Below the pieces are notes generated by a model, which was not told the origin of the DNA, made no database searches, and saw only the letters and a program-made list of their open reading frames with translations. Positions 1 to 11,846 of a stretch of DNA of 64,000 bases are shown piece by piece. Source of the DNA: Octopus sinensis (Eukaryota); the NCBI RefSeq assembly GCF_006345805.1, contig NC_042999.1:61876001-61940000 (forward strand), in the 5' to 3' direction. The position numbers and the translations under genes are program-made. Positions within the stretch are counted from its first letter, which is position 1; the number at the start of each line of letters is the position of its first letter.

Positions 1-435
1 GAGGCAGCGAGCTGGCAGAATCGTTAGGATGCCGAGCGAAATGCTTAGCGGAATTTCGTCTGCCGCTACGCTCTGAGTTCAAATTCCGCCGAGGTCGACT
101 TTGCTTTTCATCTTTCGGGATCGATTAAATAAGTACCAGTTACGCACTGGGGTCGATATAATCGACTTGATCCGTTTGTCTGTACTTGTTTGTCACCTCT
201 ATGTTTAACACCTTGTGGGCAATAAAGAAATAAGAAACGTTAGCACGCCGGGCGAAATGCGTAGACGTATTTCGTCTGCCGTTATGTTCTGAGTTCAAAT
301 TCCGCCGAGGTCGACTTTGCCTTTCATACTTTCGGGGTCGATAAATTAAGTACCAGTTGAGGACTGAGGTCGATCGAATAGACTGGGCCCCATACCCCAA
401 AATTTCGGACCTTGTGCTTAGAGTAGAAAAGAATA
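1..435 (+). mobile_element. SINE-A tandem dimer (tRNA-derived SINE; units 1-231 and 232-435 with different 3' tails)
   Basis: Head GGCAGCGAGCTGGCAGAATCGTTAG with B-box-like GAGTTCAAATTCC and body CGCCGAGGTCGACTTTGC..TTCGGGGTCGAT; recurs more than 15 times in the window. Confidence 0.85.
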
Positions 436-524
436 TATCCTAGATCGATCAATGCAAGACTGAAATATTTCCTCCAGCACGCGCTTGCTCTCTTAGAAGC
501 GGTTAAAAAAGAATTAGAATAAAT

Positions 525-760
525 TATCTTTTATCTTTTACTTATTCCAATCATTAGGCTGCAGCCATGCTGGAGCAGCACCTTGGAGAACATTTCCCTT
601 TTAGTCGAAAGAATCTACCCAAGTACTTAGTTTCTTAAAATCTAGTACTTATTCTATAAATATATTTTGACGAACAGCTAAGTTACGAGGACGCAAACAC
701 ACTAGCACCGGTTATCAAACGATGCTGGGAAACAGAGACATAAAGAACCATAGACGCACG
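525..760 (-). mobile_element. SINE-B degenerate 3' part
   Basis: GCAGCCATGCTGGAGCA..TTTAGTCGA..CTAGTACTTATTCTAT..GCTAAGTTACGAGGACG matches the other SINE-B copies. Confidence 0.7.
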
Positions 761-803
761 CACACACACACACATTTATTGAAATATGAATGAGAAGCAG
801 CCC

Positions 804-854
804 AACTCGGAGTTTTATCATGGCTACCGAATAATTGTCACATATTACATTTAA

Positions 855-940
<86 letters not shown>

Positions 941-1003
941 TATCGAACACATATACACGAACTGGCAAAACGCATGGCTTGTGTATTGTGTATGTGTTCG
1001 ATA

Positions 1004-1043
<40 letters not shown>

Positions 1044-1322
1044 TTAAATGTAATATGTGACAATTATTCGGTAGCCATGATAAAACTCCGAGTTTCGGAT
1101 GTCGGGGTGGAAATCCACGCCGCCATCTCTTCAATTATCTGACCATCGGAAAAAGTGGTATGAAGATGGCCGGATAACTGAAGAGATGGCGGCGTGGATT
1201 TCCACTCGGAGTTTTATCATGGCTACCGAATAATTGTCACATATTACATTTACAGATAGATTCCTCTATTTACATAATATGGAGGACTCTTTCTTTCTTT
1301 TGTTGTTTTACCATTTCTATCA

Positions 1323-1330
<8 letters not shown>
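804..1330. repeat. Double fold-back (forward/inverted/forward) of a probable Penelope-like element 3' end
   Basis: Arms 804-953 / 991-1094 inverted; arms 1107-1147 / 1165-1205 inverted; 1206-1252 directly repeats 807-853. Confidence 0.85.
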
Positions 1331-1389
<59 letters not shown>

Positions 1390-1396
1390 TCAAAAT

Positions 1397-1568
1397 GTGA
1401 CCGCGTGTGTACCGTTGGCGATTACTTTCCTCCGTCTTCCCTTCTTTGAATCTTTCCTTTTCCTATGTTTCTGACGAAGAGCTCCACTCAAAACGTTAAA
1501 TCCTCCTTCTTTCCTGAGCGTCCAATAATGCTATACTTGTTCCACGTCCTCGCGTTGTCGTGTTTTCT

Positions 1569-1573
<5 letters not shown>
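1397..1573 (+). mobile_element. HHR-2 element (Penelope-like pLTR fragment), degenerate copy
   Basis: Homologous to 32765-32970 and 57030-57232; flanked by (TA)n; HHR motif at 1467-1501 with GAAAC changed to AAAAC. Confidence 0.75.
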
Positions 1574-1639
<66 letters not shown>

Positions 1640-2459
1640 ATATATGCTTATAATTATTTGAACCCGAATTTACCATGCCAGACAAAAATACTTAACGGCA
1701 TTTCTTCCGACTTTACATTCTGCGCTTAAATGCTGCCTGGGTCTACTTCGCCTTTCATCAATAAGTACTAGTTGAGCAATGGGGTCTTCCCTGATAATCT
1801 GGCTTTGTAGCAAAATTTGAAACCAATTATCATAACCCACTTATTGTAATTTATTAATATACTTGACCCGAAATTTCTAGATAATCTAAATCCTACTATT
1901 ACTCACCTACAGTTATGCGTTGTTGCATGCTTTTTGTTATACAACTTCTCTTTGTATTTTGTAGAAAGAAAATACTACTCGCATAGAGTTCTCAATTTTA
2001 GCTTAGTTCGTAAGCCTTGGGTGGCATAAAATTGATAAATATTTAGCAATTATCTGAAATGGTCAATGCTACCACAAACATTTTAAAATATTTCATCTCC
2101 GAGGAGATAATGTGCTTCATGGTTTAATATTCACATTTCCCAGTTATTAGCGGTTTAGGGACTCTGTTTTAACCTTGTTTGTTTGTTGTACTTTTGTTTG
2201 TCTTTTGCTGTTTTCAATAGTGCTTAATTTCTTTAGTAAGGACATCATATAACTTTAGGTATCGCAGAAATGTATGTGTTGGTGTAATATCGTATATAAT
2301 AAAAGAAAGGTGATCGATGGATGCAGACATCGTTGTGTGGTTAAGAATTCGTTTTGCAACCACATGGTTCCTGGTTCAATTATTCTACGAGCATCTTGGG
2401 CAGGTGCTTCCTACCTTAGCCCTCAGATGATGGGTAGTTTCGAGTGAACAATTTAGACT

Positions 2460-2533
2460 GGTATATGGCGTGGTGGTTAAGAGTGCGGGCTACTAAACCC
2501 AAGATTCCGAGTTCGATTCCAGGCAGTAACCTC

Positions 2534-2570
<37 letters not shown>

Positions 2571-2750
2571 GTAACATCGAAAAATATCTTAGGAATGAGA
2601 ACCCAGGTTCGAAATTTCCCAAGACACCTGATGAAGGCTGGAGGGTATATCAGCCGAAACGTTGTGTTAGCAACAAACAAGATGAGGACAAATATCCGTC
2701 AAATGTAAATAATGTACATAATTCCTCATCTATATTTATAGAACTGTATT
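2460..2750 (+). mobile_element. SINE-H: tRNA-like head + (AAT)n + hammerhead-containing tail
   Basis: A-box TGGCGTGGTGGTT, B-box GAGTTCGATTCC (2460-2533); (AAT)n 2534-2570; tail with HHR; homologues at 43929-44224 and 55290-55800. Confidence 0.85.
2623..2668 (+). ncRNA. Type I hammerhead ribozyme, short-stem-III variant (HHR-1), core intact
   Basis: Stem I GACAC/GTGTT; CTGATGA 2628-2634; extra A; stem II GGCTG/CAGCC; GAAAC 2656-2660; GTT; palindrome AACGTT; predicted cut after 2663. Confidence 0.8.
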
Positions 2751-2789
2751 ACACAGAAGTCCATCATGTGTGTGTGTGTGTGTGTGTGT

Positions 2790-2847
<58 letters not shown>

Positions 2848-3249
2848 GTGTGTGTATGTGTGTATGTGCGCGTGTGTGTTGAAGTTAGAGACAAAGAGGA
2901 GAGAATAAATATTCAATGCATGTAAGAGTGTTTATTTATTTTGAAAATGCTGATGATTAGTTCTACCGTGAGTCAAAGTTTCTTGCCAGGTGCATTGCTC
3001 CAGGGATTAAAACTGGTGTTTGATGTGTTGTAATAGAGAACGACAATTAAATCGATTTCCATCGGTCAATAAGTTTCTGGTGAAAAGTTGTAAGATGATT
3101 TGCTGGAAGTTGTTGACAGTGGGAGATAACTCCTTATGATTAAGCCTCAAATGATATCTATGATAAAGTGTCTTCTGCTTTATCTCTGAACTTACATGAA
3201 TGTTCGTATTGGTTATATCTGTTCTTAAATGCATTTGGTTGAATGCATT

Positions 3250-5770
3250 TGTTTAAAAAGAGACGATGAGCGACGGCTAGAAGAATATTGAGCTATATTT
3301 AATAACAAGTTGATCTAGCAAGCGGGGCCTCATATCTGAGAGGGGACGGGTGCGCAATGATGCCGTCGAGAAGCAGGCCCCGAAACACTTGCTAGCTTCC
3401 GGTATGCGGAGCTTTCGACCGGTAGCGCTTGCAAAACGTCTAAGACTTTGTTGTAGGTAACCACTGACATACCGCAAAGACGGCTAGGTATCTTGGAAAC
3501 ACAAGAGGACTCTGCTCGGAATGACGAATTTACAATGGGAAAGACTGGCGGAGGCTGCAGACTTACAATCCTCGCCTTTGCAACATGCTGTAACAACTAT
3601 CAATGAGAATGACGGCCCTATGATTGACCGAGAGTGGGGATCGAGAATCAATCAAACCCAGTTAACACGGAAATGGCCTTGGACATGAATACGGCCATTC
3701 CATCGAACAGCGAACGTACTGCAAGCAACTTTAGATGCAAGATGTGCTGTAGGACCTTTGCAACCGAGAGAGGCTTGAAGATTTGTAAGAAGAGAACAGA
3801 GCAGTGAGGATCATCTGATCGTAAAATACGTGGCAAATCATTCCCGGACTCAAACTATAGCGGATCGATAAATGCTATAACAAAGATATTTTCCCGACAG
3901 GAAACTGCAGATTATGAGACTGGTGTATCAGATAGTATTCGGAAGAAACCGAGGGTTTTGTGTCCTGCTGCCAATGAGAAAGGAAGATATAAAGAGCTTG
4001 AGAACAAGGTGTGTCAAGCTCTTTATAAAATGGCAGGATCTACAGTGGAGATACTGAGAAATTTAACAAGCTCAATAAGCGATACAGGAAAGGAGTTATT
4101 TGGAGTGAAAGATGGTATCCGATTAGCTGAAGGAAAGTGTAGACCAAGCAGGGGGATCAGGAAAATGAAACAGCTGAAGAAGGAAAAGAACAACCTAAGA
4201 AAGTGATGGAATTGTGCTGAGGAAGAAGAAAAACCCGGCCTCGCACAGCTGGACGAAGATTTAAAAAGGAAATGCCGTTATGAGCAACAACATATCCGCC
4301 GATATAAGTGAATAAAGCAAAGTAAACTGACTCGTGAACACTTTCTGAGGGACCTGTAAGGGTTACTAAGAATTTGTTCACTGAGCCGAAGAGTGGCACT
4401 TTATCGTGCACAAAAGAAGAATTGAGTGCTCATATCAAAGAAACCTACAGTGATTCAAACCATAACCAGCCACTGCCACCCACAAATGGGCTAAAACATC
4501 TCTTAGACCCTGATATCGAATTTCAAATTGGAGACAACAAGGAGAAAGAAGTGAATGATTTCGTGAGAAAAGCTAGAGCAAAGAGTGCCCCAGGAGGTGA
4601 TGGCGTCTCGTATAAAGTATATAAATATTGCAATCGTCTGCGAAAGAAGCTCTTTGTCCTACTTCGACAGCTGTGGCGTGAAGAGATTCTAGTAGAGAAT
4701 AGGTGTAAGGCAGAAGACATGAGGCTAATGCAGAGATTATAAAACAGTTTAGGCCGATATCCTTATTGAATGTGGAAGGCAAGATCTTTATGGGAATTCT
4801 CTCAAAGAGAACAGTGGCATATCTACAGAGTAATGGATATGTTGATGAATCTGTTCAAAAGGCCGGAATCCCTGGGATCCCTGGATGCGTTGAGCATTGT
4901 TTTTCGATTTGGAAAGCGATCCAGGATGCCAAATAGAACGAGACAAGTCTAAACGTGGTATGGCTTGATCTAGCTAACGCATATGGCTCAGTGCCAAACG
5001 AATTACTGATGAGAGCCATGGACCACTTCCACATTCTAGACAAAGTAACAAAATTAATGAGGATATATTATTACAGTTTCGAGATGAGGCTTACAGCTGG
5101 AAATTTTACAACAGATTGACACCGATTAGAGATTGGCATTGCTGCTGGCTGAACAATATCTGTCACATGTTTTATCTTAGTCATGGAAATTATTTTGAAA
5201 GCAGTGGACTTTTCGGAACAAATCACCTATGTACAATCATCTAATAAGAGGTTCATGGATGACGTAATACTTCTATCGACTAGACGAGCTGGTGAAGTGG
5301 TCAAGGATGCGATTCGGAGCAAAAAAGTCGCGTTGTGCAAAAAGAAGTAACGTTTAGAATAGTTGAAGAAAGCATTTCAACAGTCAAGGAGGAACCCGTC
5401 AAGAGCTTGGGGTGAGTATACACTGGAACATTGTCAGATAGGAATTGTGGGATGAAAATTATGAAACAAGCCGAGTATGGTTTAACAGCAACCGGTAACT
5501 CAAAGCTATCAGGTAAATATAAAAGTAGGTGCTTACAGTCCGGCTTGTATCGCGACTTTCGTGGCCACTTTTAATATACGAGGTAGGACTGTCACGAGTT
5601 CAAATCATCGAGTAAAAGTGTAATGTGTTCATTAGAAAGTGGCTAGGCCTACCTCGGATATTGAACAGTTCAGCTCTTTATCGTGAAAGAGGCTCGTTGC
5701 AGTTACTACTAGCGTCAATAGATGAAATTTATAAACTGGGGGAGGTACGAACGTTGATGATGCTGTCTTG
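3250..5770 (+). pseudogene. Degenerate non-LTR retrotransposon, R2-group (HERO-like) reverse transcriptase, 3' truncated
   Basis: Zn-finger-like CKMCCRTFATERGLKI (~3735); KSAPGGDGVSY; FRPISLLNVEGKIF; KAGIPGIPGCVEH; WLDLANAYGSVP; GIAAG*TIS; FMDD at ~5252; several stops and frameshifts; no C-terminal endonuclease seen. Confidence 0.85.
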
Positions 5771-6862
5771 TTATAGAATTGATTAAATTCAATGATAGAA
5801 CACAAGGATATCGACACTCAAAGAATCAAGCAACTTATGTATTATACAAACTATGCATAATATCAACGATAATTTACAAGCCTTGATATTGTTGTTTAGC
5901 TCAATATTGTCTCTGATGGACAGGACCTTCAAAGGCAACCTAGCTATGATTTTCCCGTCTAATTTTTTTAAGTGTATCTAAGATAACATTATCAAATGTG
6001 TTCTTACTTTTCAAACAGCCGACTACAAAGTAATGGAAATTTAGCTGTTATGTTTAGCAGGACGATTGGAGACGAAAAGTTTCCGTCATAAGCTTGTATA
6101 TCACAAATTCAAATTAGGAATTCAACTAACTCTGAGTATACCACACTATTCGGAATACTTGCAGATTTTCAGATGTAACGAAAAATAAAGAAATATTTCG
6201 ATTACATGAAAAGTTAGAAAGGGGAAATTACTGAATACGTTGATAAAAACAAAAGCATTTCAGTTCAATTAGAGAAGATGAAATTAGAGAATTTTCCACG
6301 AACAAATGGCTAAAGTCCCACTCACATTTGTGTGTATCGATTCAGTAAGTGGCTAATTTATATTTGACATCTTATCACTGGAACTAGAAAACCATTGTTT
6401 ATCCTAAAATGAATGATTCTTTAAAATTAAACATCCTCATAGAAGAACTCTCAGAAACGAATTAAAAGGATATATCACTATTGATTCCTTACAAGATGGA
6501 GATAATAGCTATTTATATTGTCTTTAGTTTCTTAACAACTCGAGTCTGTCAGGAAGGAATGGCATTATATGTGAGTAGTCGACTCACTGGAAAGTTCTGG
6601 TGTAACGTTGCTCCGCAACACGGGTCGTTAATGAGGTTTTATAATAGAATGATGTCAGCTGTTGGTGAAATATTTCCATCCATTATTGCTTCTGACATCG
6701 TAATTAGCACAATTCAGAGAAATTGACATTTTATCTCGAGAATAATATTGATCTCTGGAGGATGCAAACACGAGATTGTAGATTAAGTGTAAATAGTTCT
6801 GAAATAGGTTTTCCTCCTTAAAGTTGAGAAGGTCTGGTGCAAACTTATATACATATACAATC

Positions 6863-6931
6863 ATACATACACACATACATACATACATACATACATACAT
6901 ACATACATACATACATACATACATACATACA

Positions 6932-6963
<32 letters not shown>

Positions 6964-7078
6964 AACCCTCACTCACGTTCTCGCACGTAATATTCATGTA
7001 AATGTGTGAGGAGTATTTTTGTGTATATGGATATATGTGTGTGTATGTGTGTGTGTGGTTATGTACATGCATATATAA

Positions 7079-7128
<50 letters not shown>

Positions 7129-7305
7129 ATACATATATATTATACATGCCTTGTATATGTGTAAAGTAATGTGTGTTGATGCATACATAATACATACATA
7201 CATGCATACGTACATATAACATACATACATACACACATACATACATACATACATACATACATACATACATACATACATACATACATACATACATACATAC
7301 ATACA

Positions 7306-7335
<30 letters not shown>
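6863..7335. repeat. Compound (ATAC)n / (TA)n / (TG)n microsatellite cluster
   Basis: Direct reading; source of the MYVC ORFs. Confidence 0.95.
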
Positions 7336-7336
<1 letters not shown>

Positions 7337-8072
7337 GTTTTGACGCAGCATATCATATTTATTTCTAGTCCTAGCGCTTTAAACTTTTATAGTTGTCATT
7401 AATATTGTATTTTATATAATAATCAGTTTTCCCAACCAGTTCAATGTACTCCAAAGATAACGCTCATAAAAAATTTATGTCTGAAAGACATGATAAATTG
7501 TTCTTAAAAAACAAAACAGTTGTTTATTATGGCCAGATGTAAGAAATAGAAATCAAGCGATTACACTTCAAGAATAATGTTGTAAAATCATACAACACTA
7601 TTATTTCTGTCTTGTCTTTCAGAATTATTCTCTCTAAAGTAATAAATATATCTATTACGTAGTAGTGTCAGTCGAAACAAGTTTTCCAACTCGTATGTTA
7701 TTGTTGTAAAAATCATTGAATATATTTTATGTTGACCTTCTTAAAACCAAGAATCCTCATATCTTTTATGTTGGTGAATGAATATAAAACGCAAGACAAT
7801 CGCTATCATGTATTTGAGTCATAAATAGATTCTGTACAGTCTTCTCCAAACAATGCATAGCCCAATATGGAAGCCACTAAATAGTCATGTAATCTGTATT
7901 AAATAACAACAGAATAAAACAGGCATCTGTAAACAGCTGAGGAAAAAATGGCCGAAAGGTTGCGATTATAGCAACCAATATTTGGATGCTAGACTTTATT
8001 ATTTGTATTAGTTGTTGAGCAAAGTTGTATTAATTGTTGAGCAAAGAACAAAATGTTATATTATCACAAGAT

Positions 8073-8300
8073 GAGGGCAGCGAGCCAGCAGAATTGTTAG
8101 CAAGCGGGAACGCCGAACAAAATGCTTAGCGGCATTTCGTCCGTCTTTATTTTCAGAGTTCAGATTCCGCTGAGGTCTGACTTTGCCTTTCATTCTTTCA
8201 GAGTCGATAAAATAAGTACCTGTGGAGCACTGGGCTCAATACAATCGACTTACTCGCTTTCCTGAAATTACAGCCCTTGCGCCAAAGTTTTGAAACAAAT
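8073..8300 (+). mobile_element. SINE-A copy
   Basis: GAGGGCAGCGAGCCAGCAGAATTGTTAG..GAGTTCAGATTCCGCTGAGGTC. Confidence 0.75.
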
Positions 8301-8637
8301 TTATAATAGGACGTGTCATAACTGATGGTTTCTATGTTGTCACGAAAGAGAGAGTGACATTTGCATACTGTCTACAAACTGGCATAAGTTCTGTCTTAAA
8401 TTTTTTATTATTGTTGTCATACCAAATGTAAATAGCACCGGTTTTAACTATTTCTTGCCTTAGTGGTCAGGAGACCGGGATTTTTGTGGGGCTTCCTTGA
8501 GTAGTTCTCGTATGCCTCCCCAGTTTGCGAGAATCTTTCTTTGTTTTACATTCCTCGTTTTTTATGTTTGCTATCTCTTTTCTTTATGCGATCGCTGTGC
8601 CCACCTCGAGCCACAAACCAACCCGTGATTAATAAAC

Positions 8638-9148
<511 letters not shown>

Positions 9149-9653
9149 AGAGACCACTGGATTGGTAGAACCTTTGGTGACGTCATAAAAAATATCTTCG
9201 GGATATTTGTATCGGTCTTTTATATTCTGAATTCAATTCCGCCGACGGCAACTTTACGTTTCATTTCTCTAGGGTCGTCCATGTGATTGATTAATACTAT
9301 ACCGTCAAAAATTGCTTGTCTTTTGCCTAAATGTGAAATGTTTATTAAGATGAGATAGTGTTAGGTTATGCTGTTTGCTCCAAAAAAAAAGAGAAACAGA
9401 ATTTCATTGTTTTAATCACTTAATACGTTTACTTTCTACTGTTTACTTATTTCAGACATTGGACATCGGCCATACTGGAGCACTGTCTTGAAGGATTTGT
9501 AGAACAAAACTATCCTAGTACTTATTTCATAAGTGTGGTACTTATTCTAGTGAGTCTTCATTACCGAACTGTTTGGCTAGGATGCGAGTGAGTTGAGAAT
9601 AAACCGAAAGGTAGAGAAAATAGTCCTCGAATACCAAAGGCAGAGTAATACAG

Positions 9654-9817
9654 TATTTATTAAAGCCGAAAATTTTTTTCGCAAACTGTTACGCAGAGTT
9701 TCATGTGACCGTTCGTCGGACAGTTGTGATGATACTTTATCATCACAAATGTCCGACGTACGGTCACGTGAAACTCTGAGTACCAGTTTGGAAAGATTTT
9801 TTCGGCTTTAATAAATA
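9654..9817. mobile_element. 164-bp fold-back (hairpin MITE-like) element
   Basis: Arms 9654-9734 / 9738-9817, about 85% complementary, 3-nt loop CTT; possible TA target duplication. Confidence 0.7.
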
Positions 9818-10399
9818 ATAATATATATAATGTTATCTTATCGTAAAAAGGTGTTAAAGGTATGAAAAACAACTTATCTGTTCAGTGTCGCCATCTATCA
9901 GGATTCCCAGACATCGATGTTTCTAGCTCGTTGGCTTTTATCAATGGGAATTACGTAAGAGAGGTAACTCTGAACAGATCTTATAAAGCGATAGCTTTAT
10001 GCAAAATACAGTCAACAACGTTGACTGTCTAGCGCTGGTAGATCTCTGAGCAGTCGACTTTGTATTTCGTCAGATGTGTTATTCAAGTATTTGGGCTGGT
10101 AGTTTCTTAGATTTCGGGAACACATCATTTATTTCATAAAGTTTAAGGAATAATACTTCATAATATTATGGTTGTGTGTATGTATTTCTTTCAAACCCTT
10201 GACCTTAATGCACAATCTGTATTTATTTCATGTTTCAATTTTATAAGTTTAACTAGCTCTAAGAATAGAGTGGTATACACATACATGAAAACATATCATA
10301 TGAAAGTACTGTAAATGGAGTGACTCGAGAATATTATGTCACACTTAGAAAATACAGCAGTCCCAACTCTCCTCTTACAACAAAACAGTATCCCACAAT

Positions 10400-10723
10400 G
10401 CATTTCCAGTATCGGTTTATTCCAACATTTGGGTTTTTTCACCGGTCTGTAGAATTGTACCCATAGACGTTAAAACCTGCAAGATACTGACACTAAGTGG
10501 GAATCCCCGCAAGAACAGTGATATCGAGAGATTCTACCTAAGAACTAAAAAAGATGCAGAGGTTTGAAATCGGTGCAGACAGCCTTCGAATGCCGTGCAG
10601 TCTTAAACAACACCTCTTGAACAACATCAGTAAAAATAAGTAGATTAAATTAGTGCTGAAAAGTCAAGACAACAATATCCTATGTATCGGCTGCTCTCTC
10701 GTTCCCTCACTCTTTGTATCTCT

Positions 10724-10793
<70 letters not shown>

Positions 10794-11392
10794 GACCTCC
10801 CATGCAATCCCAAAACAGCGGAACTAACATGCTTCAAAGAAGACCTGGATGTGAAACGCTCATCATACCAAAAATAGACCATACATAGGTATGTTTCCCG
10901 AGGACTCGAAAAACACAGAAATACTGAGAAGAAGCGAAACCATTTTTTGGACTCGTGACCACTACATCACATCACACATCGAAGACTATGCACTTGAAAT
11001 CCAAGAATAAAAAATTGCTAGTAAATACCAAATAAACAAAAGAGACACTGAAGTATTTGGAGTTCCAAGATGCAACCGAAAATGTAGAATACGTCATAAT
11101 ATCTGTGCAAAACACCGCACATGGGATTAGGAGCTGCCCAAAAATGTCGTCAAGGTACAAACTCCCTATCAGACATGACGTTGTCGCAAAATAATAGACA
11201 ATGCCATCCAGGAAAAGTCTGTCCTGGAATAAATACAGGGACCCCCACCTCCATCCTGTTATTAAATGCGTGTACAAACACCAACAAAAGGAATACTGGT
11301 GGAACATTCCCATCAAAACATCTGTCAAGTGTACCCGGATATTGTTATTTAGAACAGACAAGAAGTATATACCATCATAGATGTCGGTTGCC
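10400..11392 (+). pseudogene. Degenerate R4/Dong-like (RLE) non-LTR fragment interrupted by (CT)n at 10717-10789
   Basis: Frameshifted remnants: ERFYL..RGLKSVQTAFECR; CPKMSSRY..RHDVVAK-like; PDIVI..IIDVGC-like endonuclease motif at ~11335-11392. Confidence 0.65.
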
Positions 11393-11393
11393 G

Positions 11394-11790
11394 TGCTGAG
11401 TACCTTAATTCTCTCGATAAACGACGACGCCGTGGTGATCTCATTCTCGCTCACAACATCATAAGCGGAAAGTGTAACCTCTCAAAAGAGCTGTTCTTCA
11501 CTCCTGCTCCAGGACGTGGGATGCGAGGTCACTCCGAAAAGCTCTATCTACGACAATTTCATCTCAATTGAAGGAGAGGGGCTTTCTCCGTACGGGTTGC
11601 GGATCCGTGGAATAAGCTGCCGGACGAGATAGTGAAGATGCCAACGACGGCTCGGTTCAAAGTCTCTCTTGATCAGAAGTGGCCTGAACTCTTTGTATGA
11701 ACACCCTCTCTGTACATAACTCCATGTCCTCCTACATGGCCTTGCTTTTGCTTTTTGAGCCAAAAAAATTAAATTAAATTAAATAAATTA
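11394..11790 (+). pseudogene. CR1-clade LINE 3' end with (AAATT)n tail
   Basis: SLDKRRRRGDLILAHNIISG..RGHSEKL..AFSVRVADPWNKLPDEIV..FKVSLD; stop near 11700; short-repeat tail 11767-11790. Confidence 0.8.
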
Positions 11791-11803
11791 AAAAATTAAA
11801 AAT

Positions 11804-11846
<43 letters not shown>

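Noticed and set aside
2460-2533. tRNA-like sequences with A and B boxes (also 44135-44208, 55564-55638 and SINE-A/B/C heads)
   Set aside because: They are SINE heads: acceptor and anticodon stems are imperfect and they run into repeat bodies, so they are not called as tRNA genes.
2444-2908. ORFs at 2444-2908, 43675-44091 and 55243-55584 share a conserved-looking peptide (FPKTPDEGWRVYQPKRC..KQDEDKYPSNVNNV)
   Set aside because: It is a translation of the SINE-H hammerhead tail; the conservation reflects repeat homology and RNA structure, not a protein.
10010-10075. Minus-strand CTGACGA about 45 nt from AACGTT and a CAGTCAAC/GTTGACTG hairpin
   Set aside because: No GAAA, no G-C closing of stem II and no stem I; not a supportable hammerhead.
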